From the NCBI RefSeq assembly GCF_009914755.1, contig NC_060925.1: a stretch of 64,000 nt of DNA; one strand, written 5' to 3'. The position numbers were made by a program, and so were the translations under genes. Under the pieces are notes generated by a model that saw nothing but the letters and a program-made list of their open reading frames with translations, did no database searches and was not told the origin of the DNA. Shown piece by piece: positions 32,416 to 48,390 of this stretch; positions within the stretch are counted from its first letter, which is position 1, and every line of letters begins with the position of its first letter. Source of the stretch: the human T2T-CHM13v2.0 reference genome, Homo sapiens.

Positions 32416-33724
32416 AACTCTTAGCTCTTGTGGCCAGAGCAGGTCGTAGTCATGCCTTCAAAATTGCCTTCACTCCTAGAAAAAAATGGAGAAAGGATTA
32501 TTTAAAATCTAGAGAAAAAGGTGAGCCCATAAGTCACTCTCTCTGAATTCCAGAAGCTCAGCAAATAATCTGAGTTGAACCAATTGTGAACAAATACCAA
32601 GTCCTGCTGATGTTGATTGGACCAAAGTGATGGAGAATCTAGTTTGGAGTCTGGTAATCCTTGGGAGGCCCCAGCATCACTGCAGCTCAACTGTCATTCC
32701 TGCCTTGCAGCTCATTTAACTGCCTCTGGCAGCACTATTTCTGGCTGGGCCATCTATTTTTGGTGGCCAGGGAAGTTGTTATTTGTTTCGTTTTGTTTTG
32801 ATGTGGTTTACAGTGCTCTAGTGTGATGATGAAGATAACATCTGGTTATTCCAGGATTGGGGGTGTTGTGGGTGTGTTTCTATGTTGGGGAAGGCAGCAG
32901 GAACATCATCTTAACTCCTTTTCTTTATCCACATGATGAGGCTGCCTAAGACGGGGTTTATTAATCAACCTGATGCAATAGCTCTGTCATTAGTGCTCTT
33001 GTTATCAGGCAAGAAAAGGCTGTGTACAGGATGGGTATCAGTATGCTTCTGAGTGTTAGGGGAAAAAATGGAATGGTATTGTTAATATTTTAGCATTTAA
33101 GAGACTCTGGAACTTCAGGAATTATGTTAAAATTTCAGAAACAGAGTTTTAGAAGGGTGACTTGTTTGTTGATTGTACAATCCAAAAGAAAAAAGCAGGA
33201 CTTTGTGGAATTCATAGTCAGTTTTCTGAAGCAGGTATCAGTAGTTGGCTTCTGAGACAAGGGCAGAAACACCATGTTGGCATAAAAGAGTTGATGAGTG
33301 GAACACCAAGTTGGTTGGCTCCGGTTGACATTTTCCTTGGTAGAATGTGGTGTGTGAAAATTATACATATTTTTCAGAACAGGCCAAATACGTATGTTTT
33401 ATGTCAAAACATAGGTCATATGTTTCTGTTTTATCTGAGGGTTATCACAAAACTTTACCTTTTTGTAAAACTTAATCTGTGAATATTCAGTACTGAGAGC
33501 CACTTAGAGCATACTTCGTCTGACCCTTCTTTTAGGGCCCTATAATATAGGTAGGATTGGTATACAGAATATTTAGACATGATTCATTCTAAGCCATTTA
33601 GCTTTAACTGAACTGAATCAAATTGGACTTTAACTGAGTCTTTATCATTAAAAAAACTCTTATAAAAGATAAAGGATTGGGTTAGTTACTTCTCTCAGCT
33701 TTGGTTTATTTCTTTGTCTTCTTT

Positions 33725-34310
33725 TAAAAACAAAGCTTTATTCAAACGATTAACACGCTATACAGCTCATCTTCTGAAATCTTACAATTCTATGATTTTA
33801 GTATATTCAGAGTTGTGCAACCATCACCACTGTCTAATTCCAGTACGTGTTTCTCACTCCAATAGGAAACCTCATACTCATTAACACTCACTTCCCAGTT
33901 TCCCTCTCCCTGGTTCCTGGAAACCACTAATCTACTTTCTGCCTGGATTTGCCTATTCTGGACATTTCATGTAAATGGAATTATACAGTATGTGACCTTT
34001 TGTGTCTGGCTTCTTTCACATTATCGTATAATGCTGTCAAGGTCATTTGTGTTGTAGCATGTATCAGTACTTCATTCCTTTTTATGGCTGAGTAATATTC
34101 TATGATTTGGATATGCTAAATTTTGTTTATCCATTCATCAGTTGAAGGACATTTGAAATACTTCCAATTTTGGCTATTATGAGTAATGCTGCTATGAACA
34201 TTTGTATATAAGATTTCGTGTGGCCATATGTTTTCAATTTTCTTGGGTATATAACTAGGAAAGGAATTGCTAGGCCACATGGTAACTCTTTGTTTAACCC
34301 TTTGAGAGCC
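33725..34310 (-). mobile_element. L1M (MB/ME-type) 3' fragment
   Basis: 'gttgtgcaaccatcaccac', 'ggatttgcctattctggacatttcatgtaaatggaat'; ORF 34127-34327 is L1-like. Confidence 0.85.
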
Positions 34311-36828
34311 AACTTTAGTTTATTCATCTTGAAAATGAAGAAAACAATTTTTTTTTTTTTTTTTTTTTACATAGATCCAGGTTGTCAGATCCTTTAGGGT
34401 CACCACCAGGAAGATTATTTACAGTGAAGGACACTTTTTGAAAAGGTATAGGGGGCCTGAGGTAGAAGAGGGAATACCCAGTTGCAAGTGAATCCCAGGC
34501 TCAGAAGGGTCATACAGTCTCATGATTAAGGACCTGATGCGTATGCAGTATGGGGTCAAACTGTTGGAGTTATAGTCTGTGCTCCTCCGCTTTCTCAGTG
34601 AACAAGTCAGTTAACCTCCTGATGTCTCTCTGTCCTAGGCAGTAAAATGGGGATCATCATGTCTTCCTACTTCAAAGGTTGTGGTAAAGATAAACGAAAT
34701 AATACACATGGAAGTACTTTGTACATTGTCAAAACCAATGTAGATGATTGTTGTTGTGAAGATAGTATAATTGTATCTGATTAATTTTGTAATACAGGCC
34801 CAAGTCATTCAAAACAGCCAGGAATTAAACTTTTATTTGTATAATTCAGATTTTATGAGAACAGCATAGAGACGCCTAGACACAGAGATGTATTATAAAT
34901 AAAATATGTGTATGTAAAATAAACCAGCCGTCTCTTCTCCCTGCCCCATCTCTTCTTGTCTATCCCCATCCCCAATCCAAAATAAGCTGGGCTCCTGGTT
35001 GTAGTTCCCTGGGTGCTAAAAAGCAGGAAATACTCCCCAGACATTTGTGTACCCTTCCCATAGGGCTGTTTTGAAAATATGACAATTAGCAAAGTTATAG
35101 GTTAAATCGTCTATTGGGCATCATCCTTGAGTCATTGTTACTGCTTTTGTCTTAGAAATATGGCGTCCTTTACATGCACTTACTGCTTCTGTAGCACAAG
35201 GCAGCCGGAGCTCTCAGTCTGAACAGGTAGACTCTCATTACCTTTTAGGGCTACAGGAGAGCTAGTGGGCATTCTGAAATTCTTCACAAAGTGATAGTTC
35301 TCTCACTGGCCTTTGGTAGGAGCGTTTCTATGAGAAAACGTGTTTCAAGCATAGAATTTCGGGATGGCCAAAGATCTTAAAAGCCCTCTAGAGCTAACTC
35401 CTAGCTGATGTGGGAAAACTTTTAACAGTATCCCTGAAAGGTGATTCTTGAGTTTTGGTCAAGCACCTTTTGTGACAGGAAGTTTATTTTGTCTCATGAT
35501 GTATGTACTCAGTAAAAATTTGATGTATAAACATATGGATAGAGTGTGGCAATATCTTTATTACATCTAACTCTACTAGAGAATTCATCCTTATATCTAA
35601 TTGATAACTGCCTCCCTGTAATTCCTACTTTCGTTCCCTTTAAAATAGTTTTAAAAATTATAAGCTGTTTTACAAACAACAGGAATATACAAAGAATAAT
35701 TAAACACTTGTCCATGTGTTGAATATCTAAATGTTAGAAAACATTATTTTTAGTTTATTTTCCTCAGGTGAAAAAACAAAAGTTACCATTACAGATACAG
35801 TTGCAACCTTCTTAGTATCCTGCCCAGATCCCAGTCTTCTGACTGTCTTCCTATACTTAACTATTAAGTAGTTTCCCCAAAATGACCCAATGAGAAAAAA
35901 GGAGAGCCGGGATTTGAACGCTGGTCTTCATGGTTCAAAGCTATTGCTCTTTTCACAGTTCCACGCTACCCACCCTAGATAAATATGTATAATAGTGATC
36001 ATATTTATTGTCTATGTGTAAATTGATGTAAAGTGTCAAGGGTTACTTAAAGCACTACTCTTCTGTTTTTCTATTTGCCATATTAACTTATTTTTAAAAT
36101 ATTTTTATTTTCAAGGAAGGTAAAGGTAAGAATTATCCACAGATATCAAATTAGTACAGTTAAAATTGTGGAAGTTTGATTATATTTGAAAAGAATGTGT
36201 CCATTAAGAAGATTAATCATTTTTTGTTAGTGAAGCTTTATTTTTAGGAGAAAGATTGGTAAACAATTAATATGTTTTCAAGTACATACATTATATGAGC
36301 TAGCTGGGGGGTCTGAATATGATGAAGCAAATGTCAAGCTGGGTTTTTTAAAGGCAGACTTGACGGTTGGTTGTGTTAATGGGGCATGACAGGCAACAGC
36401 TGGGTGGTAATCCTCCTCCTACTGTTGGCATTGATTGAGTCTTTATTTACGTTGTATTTCTAGTCTGGACTAGAACGTTATTCCAGGGGTGGAATGAAGA
36501 AATTAAGGAAAAAGAAGGGGAGAGCCATTAAGGTTTGGAAGAAACATTCTGAGACCAGAGTAAAGATGTTATATGTACTAGGAGAAAAAGGAAGAACAAA
36601 GATAGAAGCACTTCCCCTTGCTCAAGAATCTGCAGTGTTTTATTTCCTAAGCAATGCAGAGGTTATCAACATATAGGCCTGTTTGCCATGAGCTAGTAGG
36701 TTGCCGTGTGCATCTCAGGTATGTGTGTTTTTGTTTGTTAAAGCTTTTTTTTTCTTTTCCAAGTTTCCACATGCAGCGCTGATGTTTGTTAAAGCTGCAA
36801 GAAAACAAATAAGTAAAACAAAACCTAA

Positions 36829-37527
<699 letters not shown>

Positions 37528-37787
37528 CAGTTTTTACTATTTGTACAGTTCATATTGTCCTTTATAATTTGTCATATACGATTCCATATTTGTTCGGAAC
37601 TGTTGTAGAAAGTCCAGATTCTGCATGGTGTATTAAAATGAGTCTGTTAGAGTAATTTATTTTACTTATAATCTTTTTATAAGGAGGAATGCTACTAGGT
37701 ATGCTTTTTATCCTAAAACATCTACATAATCTTGTGTATCGATTAAGTTGTATTACTCCAATGAGAAATAAATCAGCAGGTTAATTA

Positions 37788-38970
37788 CTCATCCATTCTT
37801 TAATTCAACAAATATTTATTGAGCACCAGCTATGTATCAGGCACCGTTCTGGGCACTGGTGACACAGCAGTGAACAAACTAAGAAAACATCCCACTTTTC
37901 TCAGGAAGTTTACATGCTGGTGGGGAGAGACAGACAAGAAACAAAATAAATAAGAAAATGTATTTTAGAAGGTGATAGTGCTACGGAATAAAAAACAATG
38001 AAGGGGGATTCGGAGAGCTGGGATGAGGCATGGGGTGCCTAAAGAGTATTCACTTCACCAAGAAGGTGACATTCAATCAAAGATGAAGAAGGTGAGGAGA
38101 GAATCGTGCACCTCCCTAGAGAAAGAGCAGCCAGGCAGAAGGGTCAACAAGTTCAAAGGCCTCGGAAAAGAAAGCTTCTCTTGCTTCCTGTTTTTGAGAA
38201 ATAACAAAGAGAAACAGTGTGGCTACAGCAGAGAACAGAGGGAGAGTGGTAGGAAGAAGTAGAGGAGGTAATAGGAGAGGCAAGAAGAGGGTGTAGGGCC
38301 TCAGGCCTTGCAGTCTGGTGAAGGGACATCACCTTTCACTCTAAGTTAGATGGGAAGCCAGGGGGCTCTCCAGCAGAGGAGTAATCTGACGTATTTTGAA
38401 AGGGTCACTGTGGCTGCTGTGCTGAGAATAGACTACAAGGGAACAAGAGTGGGAGCAGGAACACCAGTTAAGGGGCTATTCAGATCATGTAAGGAAAAGA
38501 TGGCAGTACTGTGGGTCAGGGTGGTAGAAATACCAGTGGCAGTAGTGGTAGTATAACATATATATAAAATATATATATAGTAGTATAATAGTATATATAA
38601 TATAGTATTATATATTACATACATAATACAACAGCTACAACATATATATTATACTACCATATATGTTATTAATATATATACTATAATGTAGAATATACAT
38701 AGTAAGATTTACAGACAGATGATATGTAGGAGAGAGAATGAATCAAGAAATGACTCAAAGGTTTGGGCTCAAAAATCTGAAAATATTGAGTTGTTACAAG
38801 TTGAAAAAAGGTGTAGTGAGGGAGGAGCATGTTTACTGGGAAAGATCAGGAGTTCAGTTTTAGATATCACAAGTATGTGATGTCTAAATTCAAGCAGAGA
38901 TTTCTACTAGACAGTCAGATATCAATTGGAGTTCAGGGAAAAGATCAGGGTGGGCATGTAAACTTAGAAA
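37788..38970 (-). mobile_element. L2 fragment containing an AT-rich low-complexity stretch (about 38550-38700)
   Basis: 'ttcaacaaatatttattgagcaccagctatgtatcaggcaccgttctgggcactgg' antisense L2 3' end and downstream L2 motifs. Confidence 0.85.
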
Positions 38971-40110
38971 TGTAAGTGAACAAAACGTCATTTTTCTACG
39001 TCTTCTAGAATAAGTGTTCTACCAAATATAGTTTATTTAGGACTATTAAAACAAACTTTTTTCATATTATTGGAAATCTATGAGAATAATACAGGTGAGC
39101 CAGCCCATATATAACAAAGCAAAACGTACAATGTTTATGGAATATTTTCCTGTTCATTGATTCCACAAATATTTAGGGAGTGCTTCCTGAGTACTATGCA
39201 ACAAGAATACAAGGACACAAAATATGCCTTGTCAGCTCTCAAAACACTCTAGCCAGGTTGAGGTCATCGTAAACAGACTGTGACAGCACAATGGGATGAA
39301 TGCTGTTGGAGAGGTCTCAGGTTGTTATGGAAGCTGTAGGAGTTTATGAAGATGTATTAGTTAGTCATTGACTTTTTCCTTGGGCAGCTTCAGACTAGTT
39401 GGAAAGATCAAACACACAAAAAGTCGCGTAACTCTAAAAGATGTAAATAACCCTTCAAGATAACAAAAGCCACATCATAAGGCAGCATATGAACACTTGT
39501 TGAATGTTAATATCTGCCTTAGAGTTCAAAAGAGGAAGAAGTCTTTCCAGGCTAGGGTAAGAGGAAAGGCTTTGCTTGGGTGGAATTTGGGAACACTCAA
39601 GTTGAATGATCTAAGCCAAGAGTTGAATATGTACGGCTAGATCTTGGGTGAGAAGACTCGGTTGGAGATTTGGGAATTGTTTCGAAGGTGAAAGTATAGC
39701 CCTAAAAGTGGATAAAACCTCCATGGATAAAAATGTGAAGAGAAAAAAAAGTAGAAGGCTGAGGACTTACCATCATTTAAATACCCACTTTCAGGAGCTG
39801 GCAAAAAACACAGAAAAGGATCCAGAGAGATAGAAGAACAAGATATCATGGAGGAAATAAGCATAAATGTCCAACAGAAATCTAGGATGCATAAGAATAC
39901 CCTGGATTCATACACAGTTTTACTTCCTGTAAAACTTTTATGAAATTATTTTACCTGATAAAGGAATCTAAGTAGACAGCCAAAGCATGATTAAACACTT
40001 ATCTAAACTCTGGCAGCCTGGCTCCCCTTGAGCAAAATGGAGGTGATATTAACTGGGTTATCACCTTGAAGAGCTTAGACCAGGAAAGGGCCTTAAAAAT
40101 CACTAATTTT

Positions 40111-40456
<346 letters not shown>

Positions 40457-42219
40457 CTAGAGAAATGGTCTATAACATAGCTATTTAGTAAGAGAACTGG
40501 GAATGGAAAAGGATATTTTGAGTTGTTTTAACTTAGACTTTTTTCTTCACTGTCTCTAACTAAGCCTAGTTGGCATTCTCAAATTCTAAGAATTCAGATT
40601 TAGTGAAAATAGTTAAATGGATTTTAAATGTGTAGTTTTTTTTTTTCAAATGGTAAATATTTGGGCTTGCCTATTTTGCCTATTTATAATCTAAATCTAT
40701 TTGGGAGAATGCTTCACTCTAATTATGCCCTCCTGGGGCCACTTTATCCACTCAAACATTTTTTATTTTTCAAGGCAAAGTGCAAATTCAACTCCTAATG
40801 AAGCTTTCTCTGATCACCCCAGTAAGAACTGACTACTCTTTCTTACGGGCTCCCCCAGAGTCAACGTTTTTTAAACTCAGGCTGAAACTTATTAGTGGGT
40901 CATGAAATCCGTCGGGTGGGTCACTGGCAGAAAAAGAAATAGGAAATATCAGAGGACATCACACATAGTGATGGTGACAATTACTTTTTGAAACATTTAC
41001 TTCAGTTAAGAGTGTATGCATATGTACTAGATGGCAATGTAACATACAAAAGTTGAAAAACACAGGTTTGGAGGATCATAATGTAAAACACATATCTTAA
41101 CATATCATGGCCAGCTGTATGGCCACGTAGCTCTTTGAGGGTTGGGACATTCTTGATCTATATATCCCTCATGCCCAATGTCCTACCTGGTGAGTACTCA
41201 GGAGTTGTTGACTGGAATGATTATGAAGGTTTGAGAAGGAATTGGAAGAATGAAAAGCAGGTAGGTTGGGGAGGAAATGAGGGCTTGAATTAAGTGTAAA
41301 TTTTGTAGTTTCCTTTATCTTGAATGTTAATATATATTTTTTCAACCTAATATTATTGCCACAAAGAACCCGTGTTTGTTATCTGTGCTCTGGGGTTGTC
41401 TCCCATCACCTTCAATGTAATGTGGTATAAATAATACTTCCTGCTAATGTTGCAGCTGTCACTCAAGGATCTTAAATTACTTTAGGAGCAAGATCTGGTG
41501 ATGAGTGCCCGGCTCCACTTGGCAGGTGCCAGAGTTAAGAACCAGTGACTGCCTGAAATCTTTGGGCTCCAGGATGACGGCTCCCTCTCTGTCATCCTCC
41601 CACACTCTCTTCTGCCCATCCCTTCTTCCATGGAGGGAGGATCCCTTGACCCTGCCTCTTTCTGAGCTTTGTAACTGGTAAATAGAGTCTGCAAAGATTC
41701 CGCTGAGCTAGAAGATTTGCTCTTTCTTTGCGGGTAGCTATGGTGTGTTTCGGGGGAAGGCTCATGGCAATAAAGGCTATTAGTTGAACTGCCTCAGAGC
41801 TCAAAAAGCTTGGGGCTGAAAACTGCAAAGGAACTCATTAGAAGTGAGCTCTGGATTATCAAAGGAAATTGAGACTCCTCTGGTTAGAAGCTCTTTAAGA
41901 TTTGCACTGGACAGAAAGGGGATATTTGACATGCGGTTACCTTTGTGGGCCGTTTTATGTACATGGTCTTTTCTATAGCAACCTTATTTCTTGCTTCTGG
42001 CCACACTCCTTTTGGTCTTATAGTCCAAATCAGCCACAAGTCATTTAAATACCCCCTCCCCACCCTCTATTTCCTTCTCTTCTTTGCAAACCCACTGTCA
42101 CCTTGAATATCTCCCCTCCCCCTTTCCTGGAAGCTCTTGGGGGTCAGTCTCTCTTTTCCGAGAAGCTGTTAACTGCCTACAGTTGGGCCTGGGAGGCTCC
42201 AGGAGGGTGACAGCAGAGT

Positions 42220-42800
42220 CCTGGCTTGGAGTCGGGTTACACCACTTGTGTCTGAGTTCACGCAGCATGTTCCTCTGTCAGGGATTCCGCAAATATCTCC
42301 CTGAGGTAAAAAAGGAAAGTGTGCTGCGCTCCAGCACCCAGAGCAGTGAGCCCAGTCCCGAGTCCCGGAGAGAGCTCCAGCAATAGGGGCCATGTCGCCA
42401 TAGCCCCAGCCTCTCGGTCCGCAGCCTCAGCAGCGTCCCAGCCGGCTGGCTTCATGCTGCGGTGCAGCTGCACCATGTTCCTGGGTTGAGGGGGCAATCG
42501 GGCACGCTCCTCCCCATGGGTTGCCCATCATGTCTAATGGATATCGCACTCTGTCCCAGCACCTCAATGACCTGAAGAAGGAGAACTTCAGCCTCAAGCT
42601 GCGCATCTACTTCCTGGAGGAGCGCATGCAACAGAAGTATGAGGCCAGCCGGGAGGACATCTACAAGCGGGTGAGTGCAGGGGCCCGCTTCTCCGAGGCA
42701 GGGGCAGGGGCAGGGGACGGTTTGGCCTGCCAGTTGGTCGCTATTCTAGGCTCTTCCTAGCTGGCGCTGTGCTAGTCAGCGAGAGAGGTGGGGTTTCGTC
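42220..42800 (+). promoter_or_regulatory. PDE4DIP: GC/CpG-rich alternative promoter and 5'UTR of the MSNGY-start isoform
   Basis: Local CpG enrichment in non-Alu sequence around an in-frame ATG and the exon; the TSS cannot be placed from sequence. Confidence 0.65.
42530..42670 (+). CDS. PDE4DIP: Myomegalin first coding exon MSNGYRTLSQHLNDLKKENFSLKLRIYFLEERMQQKYEASREDIYKR (CM1 core); the internal-exon form starts at 42560
   Basis: Recognised myomegalin N-terminus; CM1 motif LKKENFxLKLRIYFLEE shared with CDK5RAP2; donor CGG|gtgagt; internal acceptor ctctgtcccag| at 42559. Confidence 0.95.
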
Positions 42801-42944
42801 CAGCTCTGGTCACCTTAACAACCTGTGACCTTGGACAAGCTCATTTCACCTCTCTGGTGCCTGCTTTCTGCTTTCCTTCTCTGTAAAGAAAGAGGACTGG
42901 AATAAATCAGAGCCTCTCTCAAACACTGACGTGGAACTGTGCGG

Positions 42945-43735
<791 letters not shown>

Positions 43736-44782
43736 CTCTCCTAGAGAAAGTGCCCTCCTAGCTCCGGCTTGGTGGGGCAGAGAATGATGCTATGGAGAAA
43801 AGGGCAGGGGCTAAGGGTGTTTCCGTTCCTTGAGAAATTCATGTTTGCTTTTGAAGATGACTATGCAGATAAGCTTTTAAGACAGAATCTTAGGCATTTT
43901 TAGTCTTTGGAATAGCTTGCCTTAAAATGAAGAAGAGAGTAACCTGTGGGATAGCAGTTGGCCTGGGTGGAGTGGGAGGGGAAATGGCCTCTTCCTTGGA
44001 TGGGAGGGCTATCTTGATTGATGGGTCAGTGATCAGGGTGGGGAAGGAAGACCTACTGGATTGGCTGAGCTGTGGGTGAGATAGGACAGCACCTTGATAA
44101 GAGGACATTGGGCTATGGGTTATGAGGATTAAGCCTCGTAGCTGGTCACCACAATATTGGTTTCCTCAGCCCTCTCTGTGTCTGGACAAGCAGGACCTGA
44201 AGTGGCCCAAGTGACCGGGGACTGGTTGCCTCTGACCTTATCAGAGATTCTAACTCTCCAACTGTTTACCCCAGAGGGCTATACAAATACCATTTTCTAT
44301 GTGTGCTCTGTCCTGTCAAGAGGATGGATGACTGGGAAGCGATACAGGCTGCTAGATAACATCTTGGATCAGGGAAATAGCTGGTGTCTATGAGACCCAA
44401 ATGATTATTTAGTTAATTCAATTAATGTGTATAGCTAAATCTGGGGGATTTAACTCTATTTCCTGTCTCTCCTGCATTTCCATGTTTTAAGTCCAAATTT
44501 TCCAGAAGTTGGTCCAGATTCACCTTTTATCTTTTACGTGGCTATGTAATGAGTGTGCCTCATTGGAGCTGCCACGTGTCAAGAAGGATATTGCCAAGTG
44601 AGGGTTGGTAACAGAGAGATGGCGAGAGACGGAGGATGAGTGGGAGGTTTTGCCTTAGGGTTAGGGTAGGAATAGTGGATGGATTTATTCACTGTGCAGA
44701 GGGAGGAACTTTCCCCATTAACTGTCTTCAGGGCAAAGAAGGAAAGGACAATTTCTTAGGTAATTTGAGGGAAAGGATTTTG

Positions 44783-45070
44783 TTGTTGTTGTTGTTGTTC
44801 TGAGACAGAGTCTCACTCTGTCGCCCAGGCTAGAGTGCAGTGGCACGATCTCAGCTCACTGCAACCTCCGCCTCCTGGGTTCAAGCGATTCTCTGGAGTA
44901 GCTGGGACTACAGACCCCTGCTACCACACCTGGCTAATTTTCGTATTTTTAATAGAGGCGGGGTTTTACCATGTTGGCCAGGCTGGTCTCAAACTCCTGA
45001 CCTCAGGCGATCCACCCGCCTCAGCCTCCCAAAGTACTGGGATTACAGGCGTGAGCCACTGCGCCCCACC
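44783..45070 (-). mobile_element. AluS with a small internal deletion
   Basis: Alu consensus, (TTG)n tail, flanking AGGATTTT. Confidence 0.92.
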
Positions 45071-45643
45071 AGGATTTTTTTTTTTTTTAAAGCTGAATCA
45101 GATGGCTGTCTGGATCATTTGATCTCACTCTCTGCTCCGCCCTAGCGAAAGATCTTTAGGAAACAACTTTGGGTGGGGTGTGAGAAGGCACCATTTCTCA
45201 CCTGGAGAAGTGTGATAAATGAGATTATAGGAGCTGCACAAGGTGTATGTGGGGGGAGTGGAACACAGCCTATTGTCACATGCAGAGAGGACAACCCTTT
45301 TGCTGGACTCTAGTATTGCCATGGGTCCCATACAGGAAGTAGATATGGCCCTGTCTCTATCTAGTCTTACGTGTTAGCAGAGTTGTCAGGCAGCTACTGC
45401 ATCATATGATTTGAGGGATCTCAAACTACTGTATCCCCTCCTCTTCCTTCTCATCAAATGTTTGTTCAATCTGCCTGTCATATTAATTTTCTCATTTGGC
45501 TATGATTATTTGAAAAGCGCTAAAGGCTTGTGCTAAAATGTTCTTATTACTTGGGAAACAGAACACATAAAGCCATTATCAATCATTCAGAGTTGAAATT
45601 AGTTTACCACACTATGTCATGATGAGTGATTGATAGGAACTAG

Positions 45644-46027
<384 letters not shown>

Positions 46028-48164
46028 ACAGTTCTGTTTTGATGTAAGAACGAGGGATTCGGAAAACACTGCATTAAGACCTATTGTCAACCAGGAGACT
46101 TAGTTAGGCAAGTTACTTAGCCTCTCTGAGCCTGTTCCAGCCTCTATAGGATTGACATTAACAATAATGCTACAGATACTGAGAATTATTTTTCTATGAA
46201 TAAATAGCAGCCATGAAGATGAAATAAGAAACATATCAAAACACTTTATAAACTTAATAACATCACATATATATGAGAGGGTAGTAATTATATTTCTACT
46301 AGTAGTTATAGTTATTATAAAATTTAAATATGGGGACAAGGTTTGACTCTTTATAATCTCCCCCTCATAATTCCCACAGATGTGTCTGATGTTCATTCTT
46401 GTTATTCATATTGTGATCCCACGAGATTAGGAAGATTAATTAGCAGCAATGTGCCCAGCATCACATGGTAAATCAGGTGGTTCAGAGGATAATTTAGAGT
46501 ACTGTTCTGTTACCAAACTTAGTAACAGAAGTTTGATTTTTCTGTTGCTAAGAAACAGAATTTTCTTGATTCTGATTTTTTTCCTTAGCGTTGGAAGGAC
46601 ACTTCTTTAAAAAAAATATTGTAAAAACATTAAATCAAACTCTACTGAGTTAGAATCTGCAATAATTTGAGTGCTGTATGCGTGGTTCTTTTTAAGAAAA
46701 CCAATGCTTGTGAAACATATGTAATGGAAAGTCTATTGTGAGTAGTAATTATTTTATTGATGTGCATATTTATGCTACCGGGAATTTTTGTTGAGCTGTT
46801 TGTACTTAAGAGTGAAAAATTACTCTTAGCGAGAAACAATAAAGTATTTGATTGGCTTCAGGGAAGGGAAATACGGGCAACTTTGGGAGAAGAGAACTGG
46901 AGAGTGGGTGCTATCTTTCTCTTTCCAAGTGGCAAGTCTTCTCCTAGGTAGCTGATTGAGGAGACTAAAATAGATATAATCCTTACTTGTAAATGGAAGC
47001 TATAAGGATTTTAAATTATAAGAGGAGTTGTCAAAGCTAGAGAGTTATGTTAAAAACCTAAGAGTATCAACCTCAAAGCAAGTAAATAAAAAAGAAGGAG
47101 TTTCTCTCTTTTAAGCTGTTCAGAGAATTGAGAAATAATCTTAAGAATCATCCTGGCCATGGATTAATAAAATAATATTAATTCATACATAAAAATTGGT
47201 TTCTTGAGACTGGCTACTTTTTTGTTGAGTGTTTATCCTGTAAGCTTCAATTTTTGTAAATCATCATAATAAATTTTTTAAAAAGGAAGAGGCTGCTTAC
47301 CCTCTGTACCGACAGAGTGGGACATATGCCTACATGACTAGGCACTGCTACCCCCTTTTGGTAGCAAACATTAATTTTAAGTTCAGCTTTTAGGGAAGAC
47401 AATTTTAAACATATAAAGCAAGCAAAGGAGAAATCATTGCAGTACACTGACTCTGAAGCAAAATAAAGTGAGAAAATGTTGTGAGTGGTCCACAGCTGAG
47501 TATGGCCCACTCCTAGGGAGACTGGCTTGTTAGCATTTCTGGACTGCAGCTGCTGTGGTAAGTAATTTTTGGGTGGCAACTTGGCTGACTTCCTCATTGT
47601 TGATTGCCTAATCCTGCATTTTCTCATATTAGTCAAGTGTGTCGCTACTGGAATCTTGTCTGACCCTGGAATTTATGAAATCCACTGCTGTGTGGTAAAC
47701 ACCCAGTCTCCAAACAGCACACAAAACCATCATCCACTGGGTTTTGCCCCCTGATGACTACTTGTTCAACTTGTGTGAATTAAGTTTCCATTCTAAGAAT
47801 GAAATTGAAAAACTGACAAGGCCAGATCTGATAGCAAAAGGGTCAGGAGAAATAAAATGTTGTCGTCCTTGACCAGATAGAGTCAATGTTTAAATATGAT
47901 GTAATGATATTGGAAGGTTAAAGTGGACTTAGCCCTTAGATATGAGTTGAGAGAGTTGTGTTGCGTTGTTTTATGACCCTTAAGCTGCCTGACTTCTCTG
48001 AGATTGAAACTTCTTTGGTTTTCTCATCTTTGAGATTGGATGATACTTTTCCTGCGCAATCTTTGAGGTTTATGCATAGCATACTTCTATAGCTATGGTA
48101 AACAGCCTACTGATTTTACTTGCCTACCAAATTGTCCTTGTTTTTACTATTCTGTTATTGCTGG

Positions 48165-48390
48165 GCATAACGGCTAAGAGCTATAAATTGGCGAGACCTG
48201 GGGTGAAATCTTGATTTTTCTACTTACTATTTGTGTTGGGAAAAATACCATAATTTCTCTGAGCTAAAGCAAGGGCAGTAATAACACCTATCTTATAGGG
48301 TCTAGAGGAGGATGAAATGAGTCAATTAGCTGAACTCAGCATAATGCCTATCACATAGTAAGCTCTCAATAAATATTTGCCATTATTGTG
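48165..48390 (+). mobile_element. MIR
   Basis: 'cttactatttgtg...tctctgagct...ataacacctatcttataggg...cacatagtaagctctcaataaatatttgccattatt'. Confidence 0.7.

Noticed and set aside
42671-42760. ORF-track extension 'VSAGARFSEAG...' and upstream 'MPI' start at 42521
   Set aside because: Intron read-through past a consensus GTGAGT donor; 42521 is TTG and the ATG is at 42530
44655-44670. TTAGGGTTAGGGTAGG telomere-like motif
   Set aside because: Only two exact units; expected by chance
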